From Thermoanaerobaculia bacterium (GTDB lineage: Bacteria > Acidobacteriota > Thermoanaerobaculia > Gp7-AA8): DNA of 64,000 bases. This document shows, piece by piece, positions 63,337 through 64,000 of the stretch. How positions within the stretch are numbered: the first letter of the stretch is position 1; every line of letters begins with the position of its first letter. The translations under genes were made by a program, and so were the position numbers. Below the pieces are notes generated by a model. That model did not search any database and had not been told where the DNA came from. It was given only the letters and a program-made list of their open reading frames with translations. The DNA lies in assembly GCA_041671505.1 (NCBI GenBank), contig JBAZBK010000011.1, forward strand, positions 20,830-84,829. Reading direction: 5' to 3'.

Positions 63337-63954
63337 GTGAAGAAACGCGTCTGGATTGTCGCCTTCGTCTGCCTGCTGCTCGCCGTTCCGGCACTCGCGG
63401 GTGGGTTCGAACTGACTCCGACCATCGGCTACAGGTCAGGAGGAGATTTCTCGCACCTGTCATTCAATGGTGAGCCGGCCGAATTCTCTCTCGATGACGG
63501 TGAAGAGTATGGGCTGATCGCGACGTTTCCGATCACGCACCGGCTCGACTTCGAGTTCCGCTGGACACATCAGGGGACCGACCTGTCGCCGACCCAGGTT
63601 CACGCAGTCGGCCCGAATCATGTGAGCACGGACTCCTATCTCGGCGGGCTGGTCTTCTTCATTCCTGTCGACAGCAAAGTCGTGAGGCCGTTTCTGAACG
63701 TCGAGATCGGAGCGACGCAGTTCGACGTGAACGAAGGCTTCACCGGTGAGGCCGGATTTGCCTACGCCCTTGGCGGAGGCTCGAAGTTCTACCTGGGCGA
63801 TCATTTCGGCCTTCGTGTCCAGGGAAGCTACCTGTCGGGAAACATCCCGGGCGGGCACGACGTTTTTTGCAGCGCTGACGGCTGCTACTCCGGTACGTCA
63901 CGGAACTCCGTCGGTCAGTTCGAGCTCACGGGCGGGGTCATCTTCAGGTTCTGA
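63337..63954 (+). CDS. Outer-membrane beta-barrel (OmpA-like transmembrane / porin family) protein
   Basis: Has a signal peptide (KKRVWIVAFVCLLLAVPALAGG), alternating-hydrophobicity strands, and a C-terminal aromatic residue (GGVIFRF). The GTG at 63337 is preceded by GGAGG. Confidence 0.65.
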   Translation: MKKRVWIVAFVCLLLAVPALAGGFELTPTIGYRSGGDFSHLSFNGEPAEFSLDDGEEYGLIATFPITHRLDFEFRWTHQGTDLSPTQVHAVGPNHVSTDSYLGGLVFFIPVDSKVVRPFLNVEIGATQFDVNEGFTGEAGFAYALGGGSKFYLGDHFGLRVQGSYLSGNIPGGHDVFCSADGCYSGTSRNSVGQFELTGGVIFRF

Positions 63955-64000
63955 TCCCGATTCAATGCATCCCAATGAGAAAGGGCCTGGCTGCGTGCCG

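Overview
High-GC (roughly two-thirds G+C by eye, not computed) bacterial chromosomal segment, densely packed with about 55 protein genes. I found no rRNA, tRNA, CRISPR array, transposase, integrase or obvious defence genes. Gene content is mostly core housekeeping: ileS, tyrS, gltA, prmA, rsmD, rsmE, queG, ybeY/phoH, ychF, apbC, a methylmalonyl-CoA mutase subunit, and a CIRCE-controlled hrcA-grpE-dnaK-dnaJ operon. This is interleaved with signalling and polarity genes typical of Acidobacteriota- or Myxococcota-like genomes (phylum not determinable from the sequence): a Ser/Thr kinase with TPR repeats, a GGDEF cyclase, three PATAN/DUF4388 proteins, an MglA-type GTPase with a long C-terminal extension, and a sigma-54 activator. 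The activator sits directly upstream of a good sigma-54 promoter that appears to drive a micro-ORF plus an RsbW/STAS/PP2C partner-switching module. The most unusual signal is non-coding. Thirteen intergenic spacers carry repeat elements: eleven have arms made of strictly 7-nt-periodic tandem arrays, ten of them as long imperfect inverted repeats and one as unpaired arrays, and two more are related hairpins without 7-nt periodicity. There are several unit families, for example GGCGAGA, GGCCAGA, GAACGCG, CGGATTT, GAAGTTA and GGAGAAA. Most of them abut or overlap stop codons. I do not recognise this as a described repeat family. All coordinates for starts and repeats were counted by hand and may be off by 1-3 nt. 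Many long ORFs in the track are antisense or out-of-frame artefacts of the high GC content.
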